From positions 1 to 64,000 of the IMG/VR virus record IMGVR_UViG_3300013947_000035: a stretch of DNA of 64,000 nt. One strand, given 5' to 3'. This stretch comes from a virus. Lineage: Duplodnaviria > Caudoviricetes. Under the pieces are notes generated by a model. It ran no database searches and was not told the origin of the DNA. It worked only from the letters and a program-made list of their open reading frames with translations. This document shows, piece after piece, positions 10,032 through 20,426 of this stretch. Each line of letters starts with the position of its first letter. The stretch's first letter is position 1. Both the position numbers and the translations under genes were made by a program.

Positions 10032-10699
10032 AGAAAGATGAAAAACTCAAAAAGTATTTCGCCGAACTCGAAATCCCCGACGAAGATATAATCGGTCACA
10101 GATTCGGGCTTTATACAGTAACGAGCCGTTGCGCGTCCGTTAACGAAGGCAATTCCGTTACCGAACCGACATATGTCGTAACTTACGGTGAGGGCGAAGA
10201 CGCTCTTATCTCGCAATCGGACCTTCTCGCTTGCCGATTCTTGTCTCGCAAAGACGGTAACCCGCCTACTATTCGTCGCTACTGTGTGAAGAATTACGGC
10301 TCACTCACCAACTTCGACTATGCGAAATACGGCATCGAGACTTGTTCGTATTGCGGTCTGCCGTCCGTCTACGCAAAAGGCTTGTGCAGACCTTGCCACT
10401 CTCGCGCTCATACTCGCGTCGGACTCGAATACCAAGCCGATGACGCGCCGCACAACAAACTCACCCGACTTTCAAAGGACAGCCCCGAATACGAAGTCAA
10501 GAAGGCAATGCTTATGCTCTCGAAGTCGGCGCCGTATGCAGACGAGATGCGCAATCTCTATCTCGACGGATACACCTATCAACAAATCGCAAACAAATAC
10601 GGCGTCACCCGCCAACGTGTATATCAGATTCTACACAAGGTCTATGTGAACGGTGGCAAAGTCGGTCGTCCGCCGAAGAAGAAAGACGGCTTGCTGTAA
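10028..10699 (+). CDS. Zn-finger plus C-terminal sigma70-region-4-like HTH regulator
   Basis: CSYC...CRPCH; GYTYQQIANKYGVTRQRVYQIL. Confidence 0.75.
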   Translation: MKKDEKLKKYFAELEIPDEDIIGHRFGLYTVTSRCASVNEGNSVTEPTYVVTYGEGEDALISQSDLLACRFLSRKDGNPPTIRRYCVKNYGSLTNFDYAKYGIETCSYCGLPSVYAKGLCRPCHSRAHTRVGLEYQADDAPHNKLTRLSKDSPEYEVKKAMLMLSKSAPYADEMRNLYLDGYTYQQIANKYGVTRQRVYQILHKVYVNGGKVGRPPKKKDGLL

Positions 10700-11001
10700 T
10701 CGATTTTAAGGCTATGTTGAGGGCAAGGTCGATAACTTATTCGATTTTGCCCTCAATTCACGATTTTGGGCTATTAGAGAGGCTAAAATGCAATTCGAAA
10801 ACATAAATTTTAAGACGCAAAAAGATTTAGAGACGTGCGGGAACGATTGGGCGAAGTACGATATGACTCTTGACAAATACAAGGGCGAGCTAAAATGTTT
10901 TAAGTCCTGTAATCGATTTTAAGACGGTGTTGGCTTCGAGGTCGAACAAGTTGTCGATTTCGGGGCTAACGCTTGATTTTGGGCTATTACAGACGCTCAA
11001 A
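10694..11001. repeat. two ~95-bp direct repeats with covarying 16-bp hairpins, flanking a small ORF
   Basis: units at 10694-10788 and 10907-11001, both CTGTAATCGATTTTAAG...hairpin...GATTTTGGGCTATTA. Confidence 0.85.
10788..10922 (+). CDS. 44-aa ORF between the repeats (MQFENINFKTQKDLETCGNDWAKYDMTLDKYKGELKCFKSCNRF)
   Basis: GAGAGG RBS; below the ORF-track length cutoff. Confidence 0.5.
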   Translation: MQFENINFKTQKDLETCGNDWAKYDMTLDKYKGELKCFKSCNRF

Positions 11002-11034
11002 CGCTATATTGCAAACTATTTTTGAGGTGAAACT

Positions 11035-11622
11035 ATGAACGAAAACGAAATTTTTAACGAAAATGTTGAGGATTGCGGTCCTGCGGGCGGCAAATATGGG
11101 CAGAAGGGTCCTGTCGGCATCTGCTTCGACCAAACAAAGAAAAAGTATAAAGCCTACGTCGATATCTTTGGAATCCGTATCAATCTCGGTTCCGCTTTCC
11201 CGACCTATCAGGACGCCCTCAACGCCAGATGCGCTTATCTCAATAAAATCTTTGTCACCTACACTATCGAACTCGGCGGCAATATCGAACGATTCCCACT
11301 CCCCAAATTCCTACAACTCTATTTCGGACTCTCTTCTTCCGAATCCGTCCGCATACCCCTCGCTTGCATCAAAACCTATCTCGACCTTCCCCCTAAGCAA
11401 CGCAAAGTCTTCCCCAACTTCGTCATCGATTGCGTCAAGAAAGGAACCGTTCCCGATTCCGAACCCGCTGACCTCTCTCGCTTCAGCTACTATTCTTATC
11501 CCGCTGCCGCCGCCGTCGTCTTCGGTCTCTATCCCTTCCGCCTCGCCCGCCTCATCTACTGCGCCCGATACGAGGATATCATCCAACAAATGCAGGATAT
11601 CGTCGATAGCGGCTGTTGCTGA
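11035..11622 (+). CDS. AP2-domain DNA-binding protein
   Basis: GICFDQTKKKYKAYVDIFGIRINLGSAFPTYQDALNAR matches the AP2 consensus; GAGGTG RBS. Confidence 0.7.
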   Translation: MNENEIFNENVEDCGPAGGKYGQKGPVGICFDQTKKKYKAYVDIFGIRINLGSAFPTYQDALNARCAYLNKIFVTYTIELGGNIERFPLPKFLQLYFGLSSSESVRIPLACIKTYLDLPPKQRKVFPNFVIDCVKKGTVPDSEPADLSRFSYYSYPAAAAVVFGLYPFRLARLIYCARYEDIIQQMQDIVDSGCC

Positions 11623-11930
11623 CGTCGCGCTACTCTTTGATTGCTATCGACTATCGGTTATAAAACGGTCCGAACTGAATCCTACACTCTCATCGTCACC
11701 GTCGCCCCCGTTCTCGCGGTGGTGTCGGTGGCGATGAGAGTGTTGTTTTTCGTCCATCTTTCTTTTCTCTTCCTTTATTCTTTGCAAGGTTTCTTGTTTC
11801 CTTAACATCCACTCTTTTCTTTTTCCCTTCTTCCTCTTTCCCCTTCTTCCCTCTTTCCTTATTTTTCACTAATGTGGCTTTTCGTACAAATGTCAATTAA
11901 ATGCCCATAAAAAACACTTTTCGTGTTCCG

Positions 11931-12680
11931 CAAGAAAAAGAAATCGTAGAAAAAGAATCCCCCAAAAGAAACAAAAGAAAAATACCGCGTAGCGGTACAA
12001 AAAGAAAACCAAAGAAAAGGGGGTATTTTGACGACCTAAATAGTTTACTTGTTTACCAATTTTAGCCACTTTTTTAAGAAAACCACCCCTTCACCCCAAA
12101 AGAACTCATTCTCTCAGTAGAAGAAAAAGGGCGATACTATGTATCGCCCCAAAAAGAAGAAATTCCCCCTTTCTCAAATACGATTCGTGTTCCGAATTTC
12201 CCCCTAAGGGGGGAAATTTAAGACGGGTCAAATCCGTTCCCAAAAACCACATCTTCCGAGTTCTTTTTTTGATTATTAATTGAAAAATGTAAATATTATA
12301 TACTTCGTATATATTATTTACTTTTTTCTGTTAATTTTGTGCCTCTTTGTAAATTTTCTGCGCGCGAGGAGACTTTTTTTTCTTCAACTTCCCTCTCGAT
12401 TTTTTCTTCCTTGCGTACGGATAATTTATAAAACTACTAAAAATTAACTGAAAAATGTAAATATATATATTTCATATATATTATTTACTTTTTTCAATTA
12501 ATAATCAAAAAAAATTCTCGGAAGATGTCTTCTCAATTCCGCCTTTTATATACATAGTATATAACTTCGCTTTTTCAAAAAATGTTTCACAACTTTTCTT
12601 ATCTTCTTTCTTTTTCTTTCTTCTGTTCTTTTGATTCTTTTGTCGTTAACTTTTCTTAAAACAGCCTTTTTGTGAAACAT
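11931..12680. repeat. nested-palindrome element A (non-coding, AT-rich)
   Basis: ~90-bp inverted arms 12249-12338 / 12439-12528 with internal triloop hairpins; homologous to element B. Confidence 0.9.
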
Positions 12681-12726
12681 CTTAACCCCCTTTACAACCG
12701 CCCTGCCCCTGTGTTATAATCCCCTT

Positions 12727-13221
12727 ATGAAATCAGACTACAAAATCCCACCAGTTTCAACCAAGGACCCCTTCGCTATGTTGCGCTACTTCGGCTGCAA
12801 CGCCGTCCCCATTCCCGATAACGACCCCCTCAAACGCCGTAAACTCAATTACTCTATTCGCGTGTTCGATTCAACCCGCCTCCCCCGTATCGCTTGCCCT
12901 CTCACTAACAACCCCAACTCCCTCATCGTCATCTCTTTCCCTGGTCCACCTTCTTTCGGCGCCCAGTCTTTCGCTTTCGACCCCGAATCTATCCTGCCCG
13001 CTATCTCGGACTCGAAATCGGACAAGAATATCAACTTGTCCGAACGCCTGCTACAACCGCAATCCTCACCCTTCCTCGACTTCGTTCTCGATAACTTCTC
13101 TATCTCGCCCACTATCATTAATCGCCTCTATAACCATAAACGCGGCTACCTTAAACTCGTCCTCAACCCCTCTATCACTAAATTCAACTACTTCGTCAAC
13201 GCTCAAAATCTCAAAAAATAA
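12727..13221 (+). CDS. hypothetical protein, apparently leaderless
   Basis: ATG 6 nt after TATAAT (12715-12720), no SD. Confidence 0.7.
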   Translation: MKSDYKIPPVSTKDPFAMLRYFGCNAVPIPDNDPLKRRKLNYSIRVFDSTRLPRIACPLTNNPNSLIVISFPGPPSFGAQSFAFDPESILPAISDSKSDKNINLSERLLQPQSSPFLDFVLDNFSISPTIINRLYNHKRGYLKLVLNPSITKFNYFVNAQNLKK

Positions 13222-13349
13222 TTTTTTTTACACTTCCCTATTGACATCACCGCTTTTGTGTGTTAACATATATCCAGAAAAAAGTCTTAACGATTACCGC
13301 CGTTAATACCCGCTTTACAGCAGGTCTTAATGATTCTAAAAGGAGATAT

Positions 13350-13844
13350 ATGCCTTCAAGAAAAAACAACCTACAATCCAGCGGCTCTCCCGCCCCTAAA
13401 AAAAATCCGCTTCCGAAAGTCTCTCTCGCCGATACTCCCCATACACCCGACGGGTCTTCTCTCGGTCGCGTTATCTATTACGACGACTTCCTCGAACCTA
13501 ATCGCAAAAATCATAAAGTCGAAGGCTTCTACTTCGACCAAGATACCTTCGAAAATATCGTCGCTAACTGGGCTGACTTCGAGGATATCCCCATCATCCT
13601 CAAAACATCCGTCGAACAACTCGATATCTTCTGCAAAGCCCTCTACGGTCAATCCTTCAGAGAAGCTTTTAACCGTATGCGCGCCGTCTCTCGTATGCGC
13701 GCTCGCCAAATTATCGACAAACTCGCTTCAAACGGCAACGCTACCGCTGTCTCTATCGCTAAAACCCACTACGCTCGCCTCCTCGACGACGACGGCTCTA
13801 AACCTATCAATATCACTATCAAAAACGACCTCAAATCAGACTGA
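13350..13844 (+). CDS. probable terminase small subunit
   Basis: AAAAGGAG RBS; basic N-terminus, helical core, C-terminal INITIKNDL; upstream of portal. Confidence 0.6.
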   Translation: MPSRKNNLQSSGSPAPKKNPLPKVSLADTPHTPDGSSLGRVIYYDDFLEPNRKNHKVEGFYFDQDTFENIVANWADFEDIPIILKTSVEQLDIFCKALYGQSFREAFNRMRAVSRMRARQIIDKLASNGNATAVSIAKTHYARLLDDDGSKPINITIKNDLKSD

Positions 13845-14015
13845 GCAAGGGTAGCTCTCTAAAGAAATCCCGTACGATGATATGGTGCGCTGTCGGTCAC
13901 ACCTCTTAAAGATTCCCGACTTCTAACGGCTTATTCGACTTTTAGAATGCCGTTTTTTTATGCCCTCTTTTCCGCCTCTTTTTATGTACCAAAAATGGTA
14001 CATTGCGCCCCTAAT

Positions 14016-14116
14016 TTTTGGTTTACCACAACTATACTTTTGGCTTAATATCACTATACCTTACCGCTCGTTTTTCGGTTTAATATCACTATACAACAAG
14101 TTTAGAATTACTATAC
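14016..14116. repeat. four 22-bp direct repeats (consensus TTTYGGTTTAATATCACTATAC)
   Basis: copies at 14016, 14038, 14073, 14095, all ending ACTATAC. Confidence 0.8.
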
Positions 14117-14260
14117 TTTCGCCGTTTCACTCCGACTCCGAATCCGTCTCTGGTCTTGGTCTGACCTCATCCCCACATAAACTATTTACCCTACCGCCCT
14201 TGACACCGCTTTGTTACTGTGTTATACTTTCTTTATTATTATAAAGGAGGCGTTTTTTAT

Positions 14261-14842
14261 ATGCTTTTGGATGCGCTCAATAGGGAAATGGCGGCGTCCA
14301 CAGAAACAGACACCTTCTACGCGCGCATGTTGGTCAGAACAGACGAAAATCTTGTCCTTGATTACTGCAATCCGATGTATAATAAAGACTATTTAGAGAT
14401 AACTGCAGGCAAATTTTTGCTGATGTACAGACCAAGAAATGACCGTCCGAAATATCAAGGAAAACCGTACGTATTGGTAATGCCGACGGGCATTACGGTG
14501 CGAAGACGGTATGTAGATTGGGCAGATTTTTGTTCCGAATGCGAGCGCGAACCGCAGTTGAGATGGCTAAAGAAGTGGAGCAATTTGAATGAACAGTTTT
14601 TTGCGATGGCTAAGCGAAATATTGGGTTGCTATTCCCGATTCTGATACATCTTTTGGAATACGAACAACATTTACAAGAAGTATATCGAGAGCGATTCGG
14701 AGAAGACCCAGGCGAGAAAGCGTTGTTGTGTTCGCCTTATGAAGGCGAGGCAAGCGCCATTGTCGAAGACAACTATAATAATCAGTTATACCAAAACAAT
14801 AAAGAAACAAAGTTATCCAAAAATAAAAAAGGAGACAAATAA
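14261..14842 (+). CDS. hypothetical protein
   Basis: AAAGGAGG RBS; promoter TTGACA...TATACT at about 14200-14228. Confidence 0.75.
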   Translation: MLLDALNREMAASTETDTFYARMLVRTDENLVLDYCNPMYNKDYLEITAGKFLLMYRPRNDRPKYQGKPYVLVMPTGITVRRRYVDWADFCSECEREPQLRWLKKWSNLNEQFFAMAKRNIGLLFPILIHLLEYEQHLQEVYRERFGEDPGEKALLCSPYEGEASAIVEDNYNNQLYQNNKETKLSKNKKGDK

Positions 14843-16525
14843 ATGACGATATTAGAATGGCTGCGCGCGCGCGTACGTAACGTAGCGGGTTCGGTCGTAA
14901 AAACGAAGCGACCCGACGATGAGCGAATGACGTTCATTAACGATAACGAAGCTATGGGGCGAATGAAGCTGAAAGAGTACGACGTGTGGTACGACGGCGA
15001 CGGCGACGAGTTATTGAACTTTTACACAAGGCAGAACTATATCGGCTTCAATTACGAACCGTTTTATGCCCGCAACAAGAAGAATTATTTTTGGGCGATA
15101 TCGAGTACAGAAGCGCAGATAAAGCGAACGCATAGCGGACAGCCGCGAAACATAGTCGATACGTTGGTGAACATAATGCCGTTTCCTTTGGTGTCGTGTT
15201 CGGAATCGGACAAGTTGAAAGCGGTGATAACCGAGAGCGGATTGGAACAAGTATATAAAGACGAACAGTTGCCGCTGACGTTGGTCGAGGGCTGGGGCTG
15301 TTGGAAGATAAATTGGGACAAAGACATAAGCGACTATCCGAGCGTCGAGTATGTATCGGCAGAGAACGTCGACTTCATATATAAGAACGGGAAAGTGATA
15401 GGGATTGTGTTCAAGAACTATTACACAAGCGAGAAGAAACGATACGTGCTGATGGAAACGAGGAGTATCGAATGGAAGCCGAAAGACGAAACTCTCACGC
15501 GCGCGCGTACGCATGCGTACAATATATATAATGGCGGGGGTGAAGGAGAGAGAGTGTTGGTAATCACGAACGAATTGTTCGAATTGCCTGCGAACATGTC
15601 AACGGACGATAATACGCCGCTGAAGAAAGTCGAGTTAGGAACTGTTTCAGCGCTGGCAGACGTCGAAGAAAGAATCGAAATCGGACCGTTTGATAAGTTG
15701 TTCGCCGTTCCTTGCATATTGTTAGGTAATACGAGCAAGCAGTGGGGTTATGGACGAAGCATATTCACAGGGAAAGTTGACTTGTTTGACGATTTGGACC
15801 AAGCGTTGTCACAGTCGTCGAATGCGGTAAGGTTGTCGACGCCGATAGAATACATAGACGAAGAATATCTTGACCGCGATAAGAACGGGTTGCCGAAGAA
15901 GCCACAATCATATGACAGAAAGTACGTTATGATGAAAGGACAGAGGAACGGAGACGGAACGACGACAGGACAGCCCGTACAAGTGACACAGCCGAGTGTA
16001 GATTTTTCTCGATATAGCGACCACGCGATACAGATATTGTTGCAGATACTGAACGGCATATTGTCACCCGCGACGTTGGGAATCGACATAGCAAAGAAAG
16101 ACAATGCCGCCGCCCAGCGTGAGAAAGAAAAGGTGACGATATTCACACGAAACGCGTTGATAAGCGGCGAAGAACGGATACTGCGTTCGCTTATGGAACA
16201 GTTGCTGATGGCGAAAGAGTTTATGGATACGGGAGCGGTAAGTGTTCATTCGTATGACATCTCGGTAAAGTTCAACGAGTTTGCGGACGACAGCTTCGAG
16301 AACAAGTTGGAAGCGTTGGGGAAAGCATACGATATGGAAGAAATATCGACGGATATGTATCTGAACAAGTTGTATGGCGACACATTGAGCGACGAAGAAC
16401 GGGCGGCGGAAAAAGAGTTTTTGGAATCGGCTCGTCAAGCGCGAACGGAAGCGTACTCGAACGCAGACGGCGGCGGGGCGAATACACAAGGGATGATAGA
16501 CAACATCTTCGACAGAAAGAGGTGA
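14843..16525 (+). CDS. portal protein (SPP1/A118-like)
   Basis: 560 aa; GWGCWKINWD, YGRSIF, LDQALSQ, LSPATLGID patterns. Confidence 0.85.
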   Translation: MTILEWLRARVRNVAGSVVKTKRPDDERMTFINDNEAMGRMKLKEYDVWYDGDGDELLNFYTRQNYIGFNYEPFYARNKKNYFWAISSTEAQIKRTHSGQPRNIVDTLVNIMPFPLVSCSESDKLKAVITESGLEQVYKDEQLPLTLVEGWGCWKINWDKDISDYPSVEYVSAENVDFIYKNGKVIGIVFKNYYTSEKKRYVLMETRSIEWKPKDETLTRARTHAYNIYNGGGEGERVLVITNELFELPANMSTDDNTPLKKVELGTVSALADVEERIEIGPFDKLFAVPCILLGNTSKQWGYGRSIFTGKVDLFDDLDQALSQSSNAVRLSTPIEYIDEEYLDRDKNGLPKKPQSYDRKYVMMKGQRNGDGTTTGQPVQVTQPSVDFSRYSDHAIQILLQILNGILSPATLGIDIAKKDNAAAQREKEKVTIFTRNALISGEERILRSLMEQLLMAKEFMDTGAVSVHSYDISVKFNEFADDSFENKLEALGKAYDMEEISTDMYLNKLYGDTLSDEERAAEKEFLESARQARTEAYSNADGGGANTQGMIDNIFDRKR

Positions 16526-16649
16526 AAAGAAAGGCGAAAAAGAAAAGGTTGCGCTTGCAACCTTTTTCTTTTGCCGTCTTTCCTTTTACCATATTCATTA
16601 CCGTGCTGGGGTTCGGGTCGGATAGGGAGTACCGTGCTAATGCGGGGAT

Positions 16650-16870
16650 AAGAAAAGAAGGAAGCACAACGGCTTCCTTCTTATATATTTGCGGCGGGCG
16701 GGTGGGTGATTGATGAGTTTAGAAGGGATACCGCTCGCCGCGATATTGGGGTGCAAAAGGAGTGCAAAAAGGCGATAAGGAAATACGAAGTATCACCGAC
16801 AGCTGTTTTGTGGGGGATGGGGTACGGCTGGGTGTCAGCGTCGCCTAAATCCCTATCGCGATTTTGTAAG
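16650..16870 (-). ncRNA. candidate sRNA (ORF-less promoter-terminator cassette)
   Basis: minus-strand TTTACA...TATAAT at about 16905-16876, terminator GAAGGAAGC/GCTTCCTTC plus U-tract, no RBS-ATG. Confidence 0.4.
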
Positions 16871-17130
16871 ATAATTATAGCATAAACGGCGGCGGCTGTA
16901 AAGGGGGTTAGAGCAAAAATTTACGTCTACAAAATATCTACAAATGTATATTTATGCAGTATTTATGTATAATTATACATTAAGTACCGTGCCATATTCA
17001 CCCCTATACCGTGCTCGAATATATACCCGAAAAGGCGCGATTCCGATACCGTGCTAACATCATAAAAGAAAACAGCCGCCCTCGTGGACGACCGTTTTCC
17101 CTTTTAGGAGATATGCCAATGAATGAGCAA

Positions 17131-17316
17131 TCAGATGAATACGACGCGCGCCATTCCGTTCTCGCGATAGAACAGGACCTCGCCCGTTTCCGCGTCGATA
17201 ATGTCAACGACAGCGGGGTCGGATATGAGCGCGTAATAGATTGATTTCGTGTGTTCGATGTACCCGTCGCGATTCTTGAATCGGACCAGGATATTGTTGC
17301 TTTTGTTAGTAGCCAT
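17131..17316 (-). CDS. early cassette hypothetical protein
   Basis: AAAGGAGG RBS, own promoter and terminator. Confidence 0.7.
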   Translation of the reverse strand: MATNKSNNILVRFKNRDGYIEHTKSIYYALISDPAVVDIIDAETGEVLFYRENGMARVVFI

Positions 17317-17564
17317 AATGCCGCCAACCTCCTTTCGTATCTTTATTATACCATAATTATACCACGCAAGCCCGACGCTGTAAAGGGGGTTAGCGAAAAT
17401 AATTGAGATAAAAATCGGCTATCTATGGGGTATTTTATTACCGTGCTATATATACAGCAAGTTACGAGCAAGTACGATTTCGGTATTCTAACCGTGCTAA
17501 TTTGGCAAAAAGAAAAGCGACGGCAAGTAATCGTGCCGCCGCCGTTCTCGTTTCGCGATTGCCT

Positions 17565-17837
17565 TCATCTCAGACTATTCGCGAGTTCGAAGCCTCTTGC
17601 GTGTCCGCAGTAGAAAATGTCGAGAAGTGTTTGCCACATTTCGTACGCGCTTCTGAAGTCGTTCGCGTTTCCGACGAATGTCGCTTCGGGGTTGTCGTCG
17701 GTATCGGTTTCATACTTCGTCAGGGTAAAGTAGAACGTTTCTGTGCCGTCGCCTGCCTTCTTCATTTCAAGAACGTTTCTGTGCCCCTTTAAGAGTCCGA
17801 GGTCTTTTGCTGCAATGATTTCATTTGGTTTGAACAT
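17565..17837 (-). CDS. early cassette hypothetical protein
   Basis: AAAGGAG RBS, own promoter and terminator. Confidence 0.8.
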   Translation of the reverse strand: MFKPNEIIAAKDLGLLKGHRNVLEMKKAGDGTETFYFTLTKYETDTDDNPEATFVGNANDFRSAYEMWQTLLDIFYCGHARGFELANSLR

Positions 17838-18066
17838 AGTGATGTTCTCCTTTGGTTTGATTTTGTACTCTCATTATATCATAATATCAAGCCGTTGTAA
17901 AGAGGGTTAGCAAAAATATTTCATACAATTTTTATACATTTTTTATACATATATGCACCGTGCAAAATATGCACATTGCTTCGGGCGCGATATAGTACCG
18001 TGCTATGTTTTTGGATATGGAAAAGCGACAGATTCAATTCTGTCGCTCTCTCGTCATATGAAATCC

Positions 18067-18354
18067 TTAATACGGCAATCCATAACCGCAAAGCAATGTT
18101 TGAGCGTTTGCGATTTGCTCAATATGCTCAATAAAGTTTCTTGAAATAGCAAAATCAACGGGGATTCTTGCGCTTCCGATATGCGTATTCCAGTCGAAAT
18201 CCGCTTTGGAATTGACTTTCACACAAGCAGTGAAAACGTTTTTGTTGACTTCGATATAAACGGTTTTGCGTCCGACTTTGGCTTCAAAACGAGTTCTGCC
18301 AGAATCAAGTCCGTCGATATACAGTTGACCATAATTGAAATTGTGTTGCTTCAT
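18067..18354 (-). CDS. early cassette hypothetical protein
   Basis: AAAAGGA RBS, own promoter. Confidence 0.75.
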   Translation of the reverse strand: MKQHNFNYGQLYIDGLDSGRTRFEAKVGRKTVYIEVNKNVFTACVKVNSKADFDWNTHIGSARIPVDFAISRNFIEHIEQIANAQTLLCGYGLPY

Positions 18355-18543
18355 AAAAAGTATATCCTTTTGTTTCTTTTGATACTCTTATTATACTACA
18401 ACAACAAATCGTTGTCAATAGATTTATAAAAAGAAAATTCGGAATTTTCGAATTATCTTATACCGCTACCGTGCTACTATGCCGTATCCGCCACGAGAGC
18501 GGATACGGAAAGCGACGGATTCTTGTTCCGCCGCCTTTTGATT

Positions 18544-18873
18544 TTAGTCTTTCCACGAGATTGAAGCAAAATCGATACTGCCGTCGCTGTTTAGTATCCG
18601 ATAGACTTCTGCGTGTTCTCTGATGTCCGCGATTTGTTCCGCGATAATCTCGTTCACGCGTTCGAGTCCGATTTTGTCCTCGTACTCTTCGATATATGCT
18701 TCGTACTTATATGAGTCTTTTCCGAGGTCGGATTCGTCGCCGTACGCGATAATTGAGTTTATCATTTGTCGCAGATACATTTCGTCCCTCAATCTGTATA
18801 TTTCGGGGGTGCGCTCGTGTTTTGGCAAGCGAAAGGTCGATTTTAATTTTTCTTGAATTTGTTTGTCTGTCAT
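18544..18873 (-). CDS. early cassette hypothetical protein
   Basis: GAGGTG RBS, terminator downstream. Confidence 0.8.
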   Translation of the reverse strand: MTDKQIQEKLKSTFRLPKHERTPEIYRLRDEMYLRQMINSIIAYGDESDLGKDSYKYEAYIEEYEDKIGLERVNEIIAEQIADIREHAEVYRILNSDGSIDFASISWKD

Positions 18874-18888
18874 AATACCACCTCTCTT

Positions 18889-19353
18889 TTATACAGATAG
18901 AACGTGATATGTTCCGAATTTTGCATAGAAAAAGTTCGTTTGCGTTATAATAAACTCTTTCAGTTCTTCTTCGGACATATTTCGCAATGTTTCGGCATCT
19001 TCTTTGCTGAATGCGTCACTGCTTGCAAGTTCTTCTATAAGGTCATATATGTTTTTGCTTGCCTTGCAATAATCGAATCCGATACAATCGAAAACTTCGT
19101 CGATGGTCTTGCATTTTTTGATAACGTCGATAACGTATTTTTCAAAGTCGTCGTCATCGAATACGTCTTTGTCGATATAGTCAACGTATATGCCGTTTAC
19201 CCATATAAAGCAACCATATTCGTCAAGCGGTCTTAAAACTTTATTATAACTGTTTCTGCCTTGTTTTACAAGATAATTGAATTCGTTTTCGGTGTTGTCT
19301 TGCGGTTCGCTGATAACGACATCGAGGTCGTCGCTGATTTTAATTTGTTTCAT
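18889..19353 (-). CDS. early cassette acidic protein
   Basis: AAAAGGAG RBS before ATG 19353. Confidence 0.8.
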   Translation of the reverse strand: MKQIKISDDLDVVISEPQDNTENEFNYLVKQGRNSYNKVLRPLDEYGCFIWVNGIYVDYIDKDVFDDDDFEKYVIDVIKKCKTIDEVFDCIGFDYCKASKNIYDLIEELASSDAFSKEDAETLRNMSEEELKEFIITQTNFFYAKFGTYHVLSV

Positions 19354-19526
19354 AATCGTATCTCCTTTTGTTTCGGGGTTATCCCCTTTGATTGTCTTCA
19401 TTATATCATAATAGAAAACGCTTGTCAATAGGTTTATCAAAATTGTTTCGCAGATTTTCTCGGATAATATGTTACCGTGCTAAAAGGGTATAAGAAAAGA
19501 ACGGCTTGCCGTCGCCGTTCTCGTTC

Positions 19527-19982
19527 TTAGTCTTCATATTCTTCGACTACTTGATTTTCAAATCCCCACTTACCAAAATACAAATTGTCTGCTCGTGGGG
19601 CTACAACTCGATTGTCCTCGTCGAGCATTGATTCCCATTCTGCGTACATATTCCAAATTGAAAACGCTCTCGATACATATCTTTGTCCTTTGCTGTTCGT
19701 ATCATACAATCCAACACAAACGGAAGCGGGGCAGATTGCTCTATCTTTGCCGTACTTGTTCTTAATCCAGCGTACGCAACGTCCAAACTCGATTCTGCAG
19801 CTGTCGCCAACGATGTCGTTGAATTCTTTGTTGATTTTCGCAAGCGTTTTTTCACCGCATTTCTTGCCGTCGTATTTCTTCAATACAAACTCGATAATAG
19901 GCGCAAGCTTGTGGAAGGTCGTCAAGTAAATAAGCGGGACTTCTTGGGTGCCATAGGATGCTGTGATTTCGTTCTTAATCAT
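19527..19982 (-). CDS. early cassette hypothetical protein
   Basis: AAAAGGAG RBS, own promoter and terminator. Confidence 0.8.
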   Translation of the reverse strand: MIKNEITASYGTQEVPLIYLTTFHKLAPIIEFVLKKYDGKKCGEKTLAKINKEFNDIVGDSCRIEFGRCVRWIKNKYGKDRAICPASVCVGLYDTNSKGQRYVSRAFSIWNMYAEWESMLDEDNRVVAPRADNLYFGKWGFENQVVEEYED

Positions 19983-20183
19983 AATGGTTATCTCCTTTTG
20001 TTACGAGGTTTTCTTAACCTCTTTACATTTACAATTATAATACAATATCAAATGTTTGTCAATGGATTTTTATAAAGTTTTCAAAAAAATCGAGATTGTT
20101 TCGTCGTCGTTTCGTCGTCGTTTCGTCACCGTGCTATATGCGGCAGAGAAAACGGCGGGAGTTTTGTCCCGCCGCCGCCGTTC

Positions 20184-20423
20184 TCAAAATATTGCACCTG
20201 TCGCAAACTTGTATGCGAGGTCTTCGATTTCGATTTCGTTATCGCCCACGTTCACAAACTCGTCAAAGCACCTGATGGCTTTCTGATGGTTGTGCCCAAA
20301 GCGTTCTATCCATTCGCCCGTTCTCGGGGAATAACGCGTTACGATTGCGTTGCCGTTCTTGATGTCGACTTCGTACCTTACGTTGACTTTGGTTGCTTCG
20401 TCATAGCTTACTTTGATTATCAT
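20184..20423 (-). CDS. early cassette hypothetical protein
   Basis: GGAGG RBS. Confidence 0.75.
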   Translation of the reverse strand: MIIKVSYDEATKVNVRYEVDIKNGNAIVTRYSPRTGEWIERFGHNHQKAIRCFDEFVNVGDNEIEIEDLAYKFATGAIF

Positions 20424-20426
20424 TGC

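Noticed and set aside
10694-11001. Integron attC sites
   Set aside because: The RYYYAAC...GTTRRRY box arrangement is absent and there is no integrase in the window.
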